Below are positions 22,490 to 33,828 of a stretch of DNA of 64,000 bases, one piece after another (within the stretch, counting starts at the first letter, position 1; every line of letters starts with the position of its first letter). Origin of the DNA: Somniosus microcephalus (taxonomy: Eukaryota). Position numbers and translations under genes: made by a program. The stretch spans positions 35,898,001 through 35,962,000 of the forward strand of contig CM126233.1 in assembly GCA_052327205.1 (NCBI GenBank), given 5' to 3'. Below the pieces are notes generated by a model that searched no databases, was not told the DNA's origin, and saw only the letters and a list, made by a program, of their open reading frames with translations.

Positions 22490-22816
22490 GAGGAAACTCT
22501 CGTTTAAACGGCACCGAAATATCCGGAATTCTCTATTAACCGGCAAAATTCATACTCCGAAAACACCTTAATAACTGGCAATGTTGCCGAGTCCGAGTCT
22601 CCCACGGTGGCCGAGTTAGTCAGTGGGGGGTAGTTCTCCAAACTGCCACTACTCGGCTTCTTGGCGCTGTCGGAAGTCGGAACACCTCAATAACAGGAGT
22701 CTGACTCTTTGTTTGTTAAAAATAGCCTCGGTAGATAACCCTCTCAGTCATCCGGAATTTTTAATCAACTGGCACCATCCCGGTCCCGTCGGTGCCGGAT
22801 ACCAAAGAGTTTCCTG
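22490..22816. mobile_element. Second MITE of the same family with a different core; unit 2: ~57171-57496
   Basis: AGGAAACTCT...AGAGTTTCCTG termini; ends shared with 27007-27342. Confidence 0.65.
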
Positions 22817-22842
22817 CAGTTTAAAACCACGAGTCTCCTTAC

Positions 22843-22962
22843 CCTCTCCGGAGAGCCGCTTGTGCGGAGAGGGCTTCCGATGCTCCTCCTCGGAACGTGA
22901 CTTTGTCGGCAGTCCCAACTGCCCGGACTCATTCCATCCCCAGACGTACAGATCTCCTGATG
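22843..22962 (-). CDS. RCCD1: RCCD1 exon, copy 1: (A)[39 protein letters not shown]
   Basis: Matches the RCCD1 [17 protein letters not shown] motif; attag acceptor and gtaagg donor; 120 nt, phase 1-1. Confidence 0.92.
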
Positions 22963-23788
22963 CTAATTGTTGTAGAAAGAAAACACGAGCTCTAATAGCG
23001 ACAAGTTCGAATTAAATACATCGCCAAACCAGACTTGTACATTTAACCGATGGCAGAGGATGGGAAACAGCTCACATTTACAGTCGAGTTGTGCTTGTGG
23101 TTTCTGTTATTGAGAGAGCTCTAAATAATCAGGCTACCTCCCTGTGTGGTACATTAACGGGTCCCAAACAAATTACTTTCAGAAACTGCTATTACTGGGT
23201 AAATGCATATTGTGGCTCAAAGTCCCAGGCTCAATCCTTGCTCTGTCCTGAGTTAGCAGAGGCCAGTAAGGTCACCAGATGGGTCACCGAGGATAAAGAA
23301 GGGGCCAAGGTTTCTACTGCTGATCACTATCCTGTGACTATTGCTAGAAAATGTCCACCTGTGGACATTCAGACAAGATCAGGCTCAGCTGGGATGGTTT
23401 CTTCAGTTGAATAACCTGCAGTCACTCAACATCTAGGCTCACAAAGGTTGGTCACTCGGACGAGGTACCGGGGGGCAGGTGGTGCCCACGGGAGCTTACC
23501 CCAGTACGAGTCAGTGCCTGCAGGAGAGGCAAGGAAGAAAAACTGGAGGAAAAACTATTTCAGCGCAGTCTAGTAGATATGGATCAGGGCATGGGGATGA
23601 GTATAGCTCCATCGGCACGCAGTAGTGGCGGTATCGATGCAGCTTCTTGATGGAGAAGATAAACTCCACACTATCCTTTGCCTCCAGTCCCACAGGAGAG
23701 CCAGCAGCGGAGAACTGCGTATTAGGGGAGAAATCAGGGGTCCGTAAATATATCGCAGATAAGATGTTGCTGCGGTGACGAACCTTAC

Positions 23789-23910
23789 CACTTGCACTTA
23801 CGGAATGCCAGGCCCCAGCTGCTACCTCGGCCATTGCCAGCCCGTGCAACGCCTCCACGATACGCGGCTCTGCTTCACCTTCAACACTACCGTGTCCCAA
23901 CTGACCATGC
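23789..23910 (-). CDS. RCCD1: RCCD1 exon, copy 1: [40 protein letters not shown]
   Basis: RCC1 repeat; cttttcacag acceptor and gtaagg donor; 122 nt; phase-compatible with neighbours. Confidence 0.93.
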
Positions 23911-24036
23911 CTGTGAAAAGTAACAGCGCGTTGCTGAAAAATAAGCACCGATTGGATATTTACAACAAGTTGAAGTTCTTTACACCTTTAACACAAAGTG
24001 TTTCACAGAGGAGAGACAGACAGCAATGGTGGCCAC

Positions 24037-24460
24037 TCTTCTTCTCTTAGGCAGTCCCTCGGAACCGAGGATGACTTGCTTCCACATTAAAAATGAGTTC
24101 GCAGGTGACTGATGAGTCCAATGCGGGACCTACAGTCTCTGTCACAGGTGGGGCAGACGGTGGTTGAAGGGGGCGGGTGGGTAGGGTGCTTGGGTTGACG
24201 TGCGCTCCTTGTGCTGCCTGCGCTTGGCTTCCGCTTGCTCCCAGCGAAGAGACTCGAGGTGTTCGGCGCCTTCCCGGATGCTTCTCCTCCATTTTGTGCG
24301 GTCTTGGGCCAGGGATTCCCAGGTGTCGGTGAGGATGTTACACTTTTTCAAGGCAGCTTTGAAGGTGTCCTTGAAGTGTTTCCTCTGCCCACCTGGGGCT
24401 CTCTTGCCGTGCCGGAGCTCCGAGTAGAGCGCTTGTTTGGGAGTCTCGTATCGGGCATGC
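24037..24460 (-). mobile_element. RTE-clade LINE 3' fragment in an RCCD1 intron (unit 2: ~58717-59139)
   Basis: Same family as 2778-3151; PKQALYSELRHGKRAPGGQRKHFKD. Confidence 0.88.
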
Positions 24461-25152
24461 TCGAAATGGTAGGTGTCGAGGATGCTTTTAAAGGTGGGAG
24501 AAGTAGAAAGGTGGAGGGGGTTTAGAGAGTAGGGTTGAGACAGCCGATAGCTGTCTCCAACGGGAGAATGGGAGGGGGTAAGGAAAGATGTGTTTTGGAC
24601 CAAATTTACCATCGGATGCCATCAACGGTGTTTTAAAAAACACTCACCACCTACAGGAATGTCAAATCTGCTCCGTGTCAACACCCACTCAGCATTTTAC
24701 CCAGTGAACGAGACTCTTATTTTTAAAATCCTTTTTCCAATTTTCTCTCTCTCCCCCTCCTGAAGGCGCTGCTGTCCATTTCCATCGGTGGTCGTTTCTC
24801 ACGCGCGGGTCTGTACAGTGAATTTCGGCAGGGTATTTAATCTTGGGGCATTTATTCGAGCCAAGCCTAATCCTGCCGAAAAGGGTCAGTGGAGATGAAA
24901 CAGGAGCTGGAACCCTGGCTGGTACTTTTCTCCCCTGGCTCAAATGGCCGGTAATCCCAACGGTAACATCCAGCTGTCCCGGTTGGGATCAACTAACCGG
25001 CAAAAGCCAAGAATCAAACTGGGCCATCAGGGCTTTATGCCTTTTTTTTTTTAAAGCACTAGGCCATCAGGGCAGCTAATTATAGCTAGTTTATGCAGAA
25101 ATGTTATCGGCGTGTTTCAGATGGGGAATGACTGTGGGATGGCTAGCTTGCT

Positions 25153-25441
25153 CCCTGATAAGGGGTAGGCCATTTAGGACAGAGATGAGGAGGAATTTCT
25201 TCACCCAGAGAGTGGTGAACCTGTGGAATTCTCGACCATAGAAGGCAGTTGAGGCCAATTCATTAAATATATTCAAGAAGGAGTTGGATATATTTCTTAA
25301 TGCTAAAGGGATCAAGGGATATGGGGAGAAGGCAGGGACAGGGTACTGAGTTTGGATGATCAGCCATGATTTCATTAAATGGCAGAACAGGCTCGAGGGG
25401 CCGAATGGCCGACTCCTGCTCCTATCTTCTATGTTTCTATG
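25153..25441 (+). mobile_element. CR1 3'-end fragment in an RCCD1 intron (unit 2: ~59830-60118)
   Basis: IRGRPFRTEMRRNFFTQRVVNLWNS and a TTCTATG tail. Confidence 0.88.
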
Positions 25442-25799
25442 CTCCAGTCAAAGCTCCACAAGCCCGTTTGCCAGTCCTTGTCCAATATGTAACGTGTATG
25501 TCACTGCTGCTGAGATCAGGGCAGGACCATGTTTCAAGAGATTAAAATGATCCCGGACAAATACCAGAAAAGTCACGAGTACAGAAAAATATACTTAACT
25601 TCAATCAGATAACATCTAGGATGACATCTGGAGTAATGAGGGACTGAAATAATGGTTTGAAAAGTAAAGCAGAACTGATTTTAAAGATAATAAAGTGGGA
25701 ATTAAGTGAATGGGAAGTTTTATTCAATGATCAGGGTTATTTTCACAAAATCTAGTTACTACTACCCAAGTTCAAACATTATTCGAAACTTTAATATGC

Positions 25800-26915
25800 A
25801 AGACAACTTGCATTTATATAGCACATTTAATGTAGTAAAACTGCTCAAGGTGCTTCACAGGAGCAGAATCAGACAACAACTAACACCAAACCACTTAAGG
25901 AGATATTAGGACAGGTGATCAAAAGTTTAGTTTTAAGGAGCGTCTTAAAGGAGGAAAGGCGGAGAGGTTTAGGGAGGGAATTCCGGAGCTTAGGGCCCAG
26001 GCAGCTGAAGGCACGGCCACCAATGGTGGAGCGATGGAAATCGGGGATCAGCAAGAGTTAACCGGCAGAGTTCTCAGAGGGTTGTAGGGCTGGAGGAGGT
26101 TACAGAGATAGGGGCAGGTTCATGGAGGGGTTTGAACACAAGGATGAGAATTTTAAAATCGAGGGGATGGTGGACCGGAAACCAAAGGTCAGCAGAGGGA
26201 TGAATGGTGAACGGGGCCTTGGTGAGGGTTAGAACACAGTTAGAGTTTTTGGATGAGCTCCAGTTTATAGAATGTTAAAAATGGAAGATCACCCAAGAGT
26301 GATAATGGATTCTGGAGGTAAAAAGCATGGATAAGGGTTTCAACAGTTGATAAGCTGAGGCAGGGGCGAAGATGGGCGATGTTACGTAGGTGGGAGTAGA
26401 CGGTCTCTGTGATGGAGAGGATATGGGGTCGGAGGCTCTGCTCAGAGTCAAATAGGATGCGAGGTTGCGAACAGTCTGGTTCAGCCCGAGACAGTGGCCA
26501 GGAAGTGGGGTGGAATCGGTGCGAGGGAATGGAGTTTGTGGGGAAAAGGGGGTTGGGGGGGGGGGGGTGTTGCTGGAGATGATGACTTTGATCTTCCCAA
26601 TGTTTAATTGGGAGGAAATTGCAGCTCAACCAGGACTGGAAGTCGGATAAGCAGCCTGGCACCACAGAAGCAATGGAGGGGTGGAGAGAGAGAGAGGTGA
26701 TGGTGAGGTAGAGCTGAGTGCGGTCAGTGTGCATGTGGAACCCAACGTCATGTTTTCGGATGATTTCACGGAGGGGCAGCATATAGATGAGAAATAGGAG
26801 GGAGTCAAGGATAGATCCTTGGGAGACTTCAGAGGGAACAATGCGGGGGTGGGAAGAGAAGCCGTCGAAGATTATTCTCTGGCGACAACTGGATCGAAAA
26901 GAATGGAATCAAGCA
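25800..26915 (-). mobile_element. Degraded L2-clade LINE (unit 2: ~60465-61575)
   Basis: LPLREIIRKH..FHMHTDRTQLYL (degenerate YADDTQLY), HLRNIAHLRPCL and GGRAFSCLGPKLRNSLP...FKTLLKT. Confidence 0.8.
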
Positions 26916-27006
26916 TGTGAAGATTCAATTTGAAATGGAAGTCTGAAATCCAACAGAACTGTAAAAATACACGGTTTAGTAGTAAAAAGCAGTAATGCAG
27001 CATCGA

Positions 27007-27342
27007 CAGGAAACTCTCGATTTACCGGCACCTAAATAACCGGAAATCTCTGTTAACCGGCAAAATTCAGGAGTAGGTTCAGGTAAGTTTTACTTCATAT
27101 TAGTGGCAGTTCCTGGATCTGTGGCCGTGTAACCGGGGTTCCTACACTTGTTGCTAAGCAACAGGGATGCTTGGTCTGTGGCCAGAGTTCCTGCACATGT
27201 TGCTAAGCAACAGGGAAGCCTGGATTTGTTGCTGTGTACGGAGCTCTCGTACCTTTTAAACTATACCTCTCTGTAATCCGGACTTTTTGATAAACCGGCA
27301 CCACGCCGGTCCCGTTGGTGCCGGATAATAAAGAGTGTCCTG
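27007..27342. mobile_element. Non-autonomous DNA transposon (Tigger/pogo-like MITE); unit 2: 61667-62002
   Basis: Imperfect TIRs CAGGAAACTCT / AGAGTGTCCTG followed by TA; subterminal ACCGG repeats. Confidence 0.65.
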
Positions 27343-27893
27343 TAGCTTTGGACACTACAGATTTTTATTAGCAGTCATTCAAGTACTTCACCGAGAGAGT
27401 ACCGAGGGCATCCATACACTTTTGTGGAGACTAGGTGGTGCAGTGACTAAGTGGTGCAGTAAGTTAGACACTAGATTTTTCCCCTTTCTGGGACTTGGGC
27501 TCAAATTCAGTAAACGAATGAGATGCAGCACAGAGTGCCCTGAATTTCCACTAAACTGACCATCTCACTGAGAGGAGCCACAGGGTGGCTGGTGTGCGAA
27601 ATGGAACAAGTGTCACACTGGTGCAGCAGACATGCTTTTTTGACACCAAGGCCAGTGCACATTGCTGGGGAATAATAGCAGGGAGCTTTACTCTGTATTT
27701 ACCCGAGTGCTTAATACTGACTCTCGGTGTCTGAAATGAAAAGAGTAACATCTACAACCTTCGAGGTGACAGGGCATACGACACCAGGAAACTCTGTGGA
27801 CCCGCACCCATTATGAACAGGGTTGAGGTTGCTCAAAGTAATTTTGCATCAGCTGGTTAAAGGAAGGAGCGAGAGATGAAACTGTCACCCCAT

Positions 27894-28101
27894 CTGAAAT
27901 AAAAACATGAAACGCTGGAAATACTCAGCGGGTCAGGCAGCATCTGTGGAGAGAGAAACAGAGCTAACGTTTCAGGTCGATGGCCCTTCGTCAGAACAGA
28001 ACAGGGAAGGTCATCGACCTGAAACGTTAACTGTGTTTCTCTCTCCACAGATGCTGCCTGACCTGCTGAGTATTTCCAGCATTTTCTGCTTTTATTTCAG
28101 A
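27894..28101. repeat. Palindromic head-to-head pair of the Penelope-associated repeat (unit 2: 62554-62761)
   Basis: ~90-bp arms around a ~15-nt loop at ~27990-28005. Confidence 0.8.
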
Positions 28102-28374
28102 TTTCCAGCAACTGTAGCATTTAAAAAAAAAAAAAATGTCACCCCATCTGTCTGGCTGTGTTCAAATAGAGGTGAAAACACAGTGTTTTAACCCACATGG
28201 GTACCACAATGGTCCCTTAGGATTAGATCCAAAAAACACATTCACGAGTGACTAGATTCAAACCAACAACTTTAATGCAATGGATCTTTTAACGACTATA
28301 TATATATTGAGCTCACAATCCAGAACACGGCTCGGTTATACAACAGCATATACATCATTAAAAATAAACCTTAC

Positions 28375-28528
28375 CGTCCTGAGCCCCAGGAATACACCGT
28401 CCAATCAAAGCTCAGCAGGAGAGCATGCTCAGTCCCAAGTGCCAGCTTTCTTGCACAAAGCAGTGGTGACAATGGTTTGTAAAATGGAAGAGATGTTGTA
28501 ACGTAGCCACCAGGGACCAGTGGAAGTG
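28375..28528 (-). CDS. RCCD1: RCCD1 (RCC1 domain-containing 1) internal exon, copy 1: LPLVPGGYVTTSLPFYKPLSPLLCARKLALGTEHALLLSFDWTVYSWGSG(R)
   Basis: Resembles human RCCD1 [25 protein letters not shown]...VFSWGGGR. Polypyrimidine-cacag acceptor and CG|gtaag donor (phase 2). Confidence 0.9.
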
Positions 28529-28724
28529 CTGTGAGGATGAAAAAGAGAGAAAGTATGTGTTTTCCCTCCGCTATTCCCCAGTAATGAAAGGAATTACACA
28601 ACGGAGTCATATAGAGCAGACGACCCAAGGTTTGATTCACGGTCCGTGCCGAGTTAACTAATTTATCTGGACAAACAACAGGGTGCTTTGCGGAACACCT
28701 CCGTTCAGTCCGTAAGGGTGACCC

Positions 28725-29180
28725 TGAGCTTCCGGTCGCCTGTCACTTTAATTCTCCGCTTCACTCCCACTCTGATCTCTCTGTCCTCGGCCTATTACAT
28801 TGTTCCAATGAAGCTCAACGTAAGCTTGAGGAACAGCACCTCATCTTTCGATTAGGCACTTTACAGCCTTCTGGACTCAAAATTGAGTTAAACAATTTCA
28901 GACCATAACCCCTGCCCCCATTTTTCAGGCAGTTTATGATTTTGCCATTCCCATTTGCAACATTTCATTCTCTCCTGCCTCTACCCTAGCACAGAATGTT
29001 CCTTCCTCCCCTCCCCCTGCCTCCTGCACCTGCTTAATATCTGTTCCATCTCCAGCCTTTTCCAGTTCTGACGAAGGGCCCCAGACCTGAAACGTTAACT
29101 CGGTTTCTCTCTCCACGGATGCTGCCTGGCCTGCTGAGTTTTATTTCAGATTTCCAGCATCTGCAATATTTTGCTATTGT
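28725..29180 (+). mobile_element. Penelope-like element 3' fragment (unit 2: ~63385-63843)
   Basis: QRKLEEQHLIFRLGTLQPSGLKIEL resembles the GIY-YIG C-terminal motif. Followed by the terminal repeat CTGAAACGTTAACTC...GATGCTGCCTG. Confidence 0.75.
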
Positions 29181-29915
29181 GACAGGGCGCTCCCGATGGC
29201 CTTCGTGCCCCCGAGAGCAGTAACGCAGCCCAATTTCCCACTACTATGCAGCAATTCCAACTCTCAACACACAATAACACTGCACACACACAGATCTGTC
29301 AGCATCTGTAAGACAACGTTAAGGTACTGGATGTGGACCCTTCACACCTAAATGTGAACTTTTTCTTCTCTTCTCTTTACAGACGCCGGGAGACCTGCTA
29401 CACTTTCCCAGAATTTTCTGTTTTTACTCCTGCTTCCTAAGGGGCAGCGAGGCGAAGTGTAGCACCCCTACCACCTTGGCACTGATCAGGGAGTGAACCC
29501 CAGACCGTCTGGGCTATAAGACTTGGCGCTAGCTTCAGCCATGCATTCACCCAGCAAGCCACATCGGCGAGCTTTCACTCTTTTAAATGGGTAAATGAGC
29601 TTTGGTGCATCAGCCCGACACCTTGTGTAATCAGAGGGGAGTATTAACAAATCGAGTATCATTTACATTGGGGCAGGTACATCACTCATTGCTCCCTCTA
29701 CACAATAGCTTCCATTTAATTCCCTGCGTTTATTCACTACATAAAGGCGAATTGTGTGGGGTATTAGGACATTTGTCCAGGAGAATCGTGTTGATTGCAG
29801 AGCATGTTTAGACAGCCGCTGTACTACGGGATTATAGGCAAGAGAATAGCAACTCCTCGATCACAAATACAGCTTACATTTTGTTCTCAGATGTTGGATT
29901 TTCTGCTGGCTGCTG

Positions 29916-31089
29916 TAGAAACATAGAAGATAGGAGCAGGAGTAGGCCATTCGGCCCCTCGAGCCTACTCCGCCATTCAATGAGATCATGGCTGATCATC
30001 CAAATTCAGTACCCTGTCCCTGCTTTCTCCCCATATCCCTTTAGCCTTAAGAAATATATCTAACTCCTTCTTGAATATATTTAATGAATTGGCCTCAACT
30101 GCCCTGTGTGGTAGAGAATTCCACAGGTTCACCACTCTCTGGTTGAAGAAATTCCTCCTCATCTCAGTCCTAAATGGCTTACCCCTTATCCTTAGACTGT
30201 GACCTCTGGTTTTGGACTCCCCGACCATCGGGAACATCCTTCCAGCGTCTAGTCAGTCTAGTCCTGTTAGAATTTTATAAGTTTCGATGAGATCCCCTCT
30301 CATTCTTCTAAACTCTAGTGAATACAAGCCCAATCGACCCAATCTCTCTTCATACATCATTCCTGCCATCCCAGGTATCAGTCTGGTGAATCTTCGCTGC
30401 ACTCCCTCCATGGCAAGAACATCCTTCCTCAGATAAGGTGACCAAAACTGCACACAATACTCAAGGTGTGGTCTCACCAAGGCCCTGTACAACTGCAGCA
30501 AGACATCCTTGCTCCTGTACTCAAATCCTCTCGCTATGAAGGCCAACATACCATTTGCCTTCTTAACCGCCTGCTGCACCTGCATGCTTACCTTCAGCGA
30601 CTGGTGCACAAGGACACCCAGGTCTCGTTGCACTTCCCCTTTTCCCAATCTATTGCCGTTCAGATAATAATCTGCCTTCCTGTTTTTGCCACCAAAGTGG
30701 ATAACCTCGCATTTATCCACATTATACTGCATCTGCCATGCATCTGCCCAATCACCCAACCTGTCCAAATCATACCGGAGTTTCTCTGCATCCTCCACAC
30801 AGCACACATGCCCACCCAGCTTTGTGTCGTCTGCAAACTTGGAGATATTACATCTAGTTCCCTCATCTAGATCATTAATATATATTGTGAATAACCGGGT
30901 TCCTAGCACCGATCACTGCGGTACCCCATTAGTCACTGCCTGCCACTCGGAAAAAGACCCGTTTATTCCAACTCTTTGCTTCCTGTCTGCCAACCAGTTT
31001 TCTATCCAAGTCAGTACCTTGCCCCCAATCCCATGTGCTTTAACTTTGCATGCTAATCTCTTATGCAGGACCTTATTGAAAGCCTTCTG
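29916..31089 (-). mobile_element. 5'-truncated CR1 LINE, unit-2 copy
   Basis: Duplicate of 170-1343. Confidence 0.93.
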
Positions 31090-31792
31090 TGACTCCAGAC
31101 CCACAGCAACGTGGTTGACTCTTAACTGCCCTCTGTGGTTCGAGAAGGCGGCTCACCACCACCTTCTCAAGGGCAATTAGGGATGGGTAATAAATACCAA
31201 CCTTGCCAGCAACGCCCACATCCCAGGAATGAAAAAAAACCCAACCAACCTTAAAAAGGTGACATGAGGAAATACTTTTTTACATAATGAGTGATTAGGC
31301 TTTGGAATGCACTGCCTGATAGGGCGGTGGATACAGATTCAATTGTAGCCTTCAAAAGGAGAAAAAATTGCAGGGAAATGGGAACGAACGGGGGAGTGAG
31401 ACTAACTGGATTGCTCTTCGAAAGAGCCGGCATAGACTCGATGGGCCGAATGGCCTCCTTCTGTGCTGCACTATTCTATGATTCTATGATTCTGGTTGGT
31501 GATGAGGGAATGGAGTTCGTGGTCAGGGCCGAAGATGTCGGATTCAATCTTCCCAAGTTCATCTGGAGGAAGTTAAAGTATCCCCGTCAGATGTTGCTCT
31601 GCTCCTCCGGCTCTATAATTCTTAGTTTGCAGTTTCCAAAGCTGATTTTAAATCTTTTTCTCTCTTTATCTAACCCGCTGAACCCATCCGTGCGGGGGAG
31701 GGCGAGTTGCTGTTTAAATATCACAGAGCGGGGCTTCCACCCACTGAGTGAATCAATGAGCAGGACAGTCGCTGGAGACAGGCTGCTAATAT

Positions 31793-31968
31793 ATGCAAAT
31801 CACCTGCCTGCTGGGTAATGGCAGAATGACAGAAACTGTATTTCTTTTTCACACAATTATAATTATATTTACAAAGGGTGACTTGTATATATTGTATATA
31901 TAGTGGATTCCGCACTGACCGCTGTGAATGGGCGAGAAGCGGGTGGGAGCTCAGCCTCTGTTAAAGGG
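31793..31968 (+). promoter_or_regulatory. Pol II snRNA-type promoter of U3 copy 3
   Basis: Duplicate of 2055-2230. Confidence 0.8.
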
Positions 31969-32011
31969 GGTTTGCTGAGGGTGGGGAGCGGTGTGGCGGC
32001 CAATGTTAGGT

Positions 32012-32228
32012 AAGACTATACTTTTATGGATCATTTCTATAGTTTTTAACTTGAGAAATGTGTTCTGAAGTGTCTGGTCTCACTAACCACGAGGAGGAGT
32101 TACAGCGTTTCCTCCTGAGCGTGAAGCGGGTTACGAGTGTTGCTTTGTGCAAGAGCTTGTGGCCATTGATGACCGTTCCCTTCTCTCTGTGTGGGAGTTG
32201 TGGAAGGAGGAAACGCATTCTGAGTGGT
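32012..32228 (+). ncRNA. SNORD3: U3 snoRNA, copy 3 (type A)
   Basis: Duplicate of 2274-2490. Confidence 0.96.
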
Positions 32229-33395
32229 TAGCTTTTTTAACGCTGAAAAACAAGATCAAATTTCCTTTTCTGAGTTTGTTCTGGTTGCAATTCTAGCTCT
32301 ATTCCAACAGAGGGCTATTGTGTAAAGACAGTGTGCGGCTGAATCAAGCTGTGCAAAGGCCCTCGGTTCGCAAGCACCGAATGTTCCGAAGTCTCTTTAA
32401 AGCCTGAAAATAAGACCATTTTTCATTATTGTCTTACTTTCGTTTTTCATTTTTGCCCACCTGACATTGTCACCTGCCGACCTGAAACGATAACTCTGTT
32501 TCTCTCTCCACAGATCTTCTTAGGCAGTCCCTCGGGACCGAGGATGACTTGCTTCCACATTAAAAATTAGTTCTCGGGGGACTGATGAGTCCAATGTGGG
32601 ACCTACAGTCTCTGTCACAGGTGGGGCAGACGGTGGTTAAAGGGGCGGGTGGGTGAGGTGCTTGGGTTGACGTGCGCTCATTGCGCTGCCTGCGCTTGGC
32701 TTCCGCTTGCTCCCGGCGAAGAGAATCAAGGTGTTCGGCGCCTTCCCGGATGCTTCTCCTCCACTTTGTGCGGTCTTGGGCCAGGGATTCCCAGGTGTCG
32801 GTGGGGATGTTACACTTTTTCAAGGATGCTTTGAGGGTATCCTTGAAGCGCCCTGGGGCTCTCTTGCCGTGTCGGAGTTCCGAGTAGAGCACAGATGCTG
32901 CCTGACCTTCTCATTCTTTCCAGCATTTTCAGTATTTATTGCATAAGATTTCTGTTCTAAAAAGGGTACGCTAAGCTGGACGCACTGCACCTATTTGCCT
33001 TGGTTTTAAATACTGCTAACTTAGCATCTTGTAGGCATCGGTCTCATGGTTTGTCATATTTTCCCAACAGGAGTGACAGGAGATTGCAGTGGACATCTCA
33101 TATACTCACCGGTAGTAAAATACTGCAAAAAGAGATTAATATGCTTGCTAACTCATACTCGGCATTTATCAAGGCGCGGGCTTCAGTTCATAGGCAACTG
33201 CGACTGCTATGGAAGCCACTCTGCTGCTGTGAGTACAAGACCTAAATGTTGAGAGAAAGACAAACTACAACAAGTCCGAAATTTATTGCTGTACATCAGC
33301 AGCACAAATGGACCTCACAACTGAGAAATTCCTTCCCTCAGGCTTCTTACAATCTATCAATGTCGAAAACCCGTGATTGGCAGCAACTAACCAGG

Positions 33396-33828
33396 TGTAG
33401 TGGCGCTTCTTAGTTTCCAAACAGGCAGCCACTGAGCTGTGGGGCTGTTAACAACGAGTAGACGCGTGTCGAAATAAAACGTTCCCAAACGTAGCTTTGT
33501 CTTTTAAACTGTTTACTATAACACTTCACAAACGGAATTACAAAGCAAACACGTATAAACGAACACGGTCAAAAACTGTATTGCTCCAAACCTCACAACT
33601 TCTGCCTCCTTCAGCCACGTGGAGTTTAAACTGTAAAATGGCTGCATACCATGTGTGGCTTAGGGACTGTACCATTGTGGCAAGAATGAAGGGGGTGTCT
33701 CGGACTATACTACTGGAGCAAGAAAATAGGGGGTTTCTTAATACAATAAGTCAATCAGGTAAATTAACTGTATTATGCTATTTAACCAATATTTTAAAGT
33801 ATTTTCTTAAGCTTTTACGGCTCTTACA
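33396..33828. mobile_element. Solo LTR, unit-2 copy
   Basis: Duplicate of 3658-4090. Confidence 0.8.

Larger units (their letters stand above)
170..29915. repeat. Tandem segmental-duplication unit 1 (29,746 bp): U3 genes plus 3' part of RCCD1
   Basis: Sequence at position 1 recurs at 29747 (ORF 135..317 = 29881..30063) and collinearity holds to the window end. The unit boundary is placed at the CR1 tail (170/29916). Confidence 0.95.
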
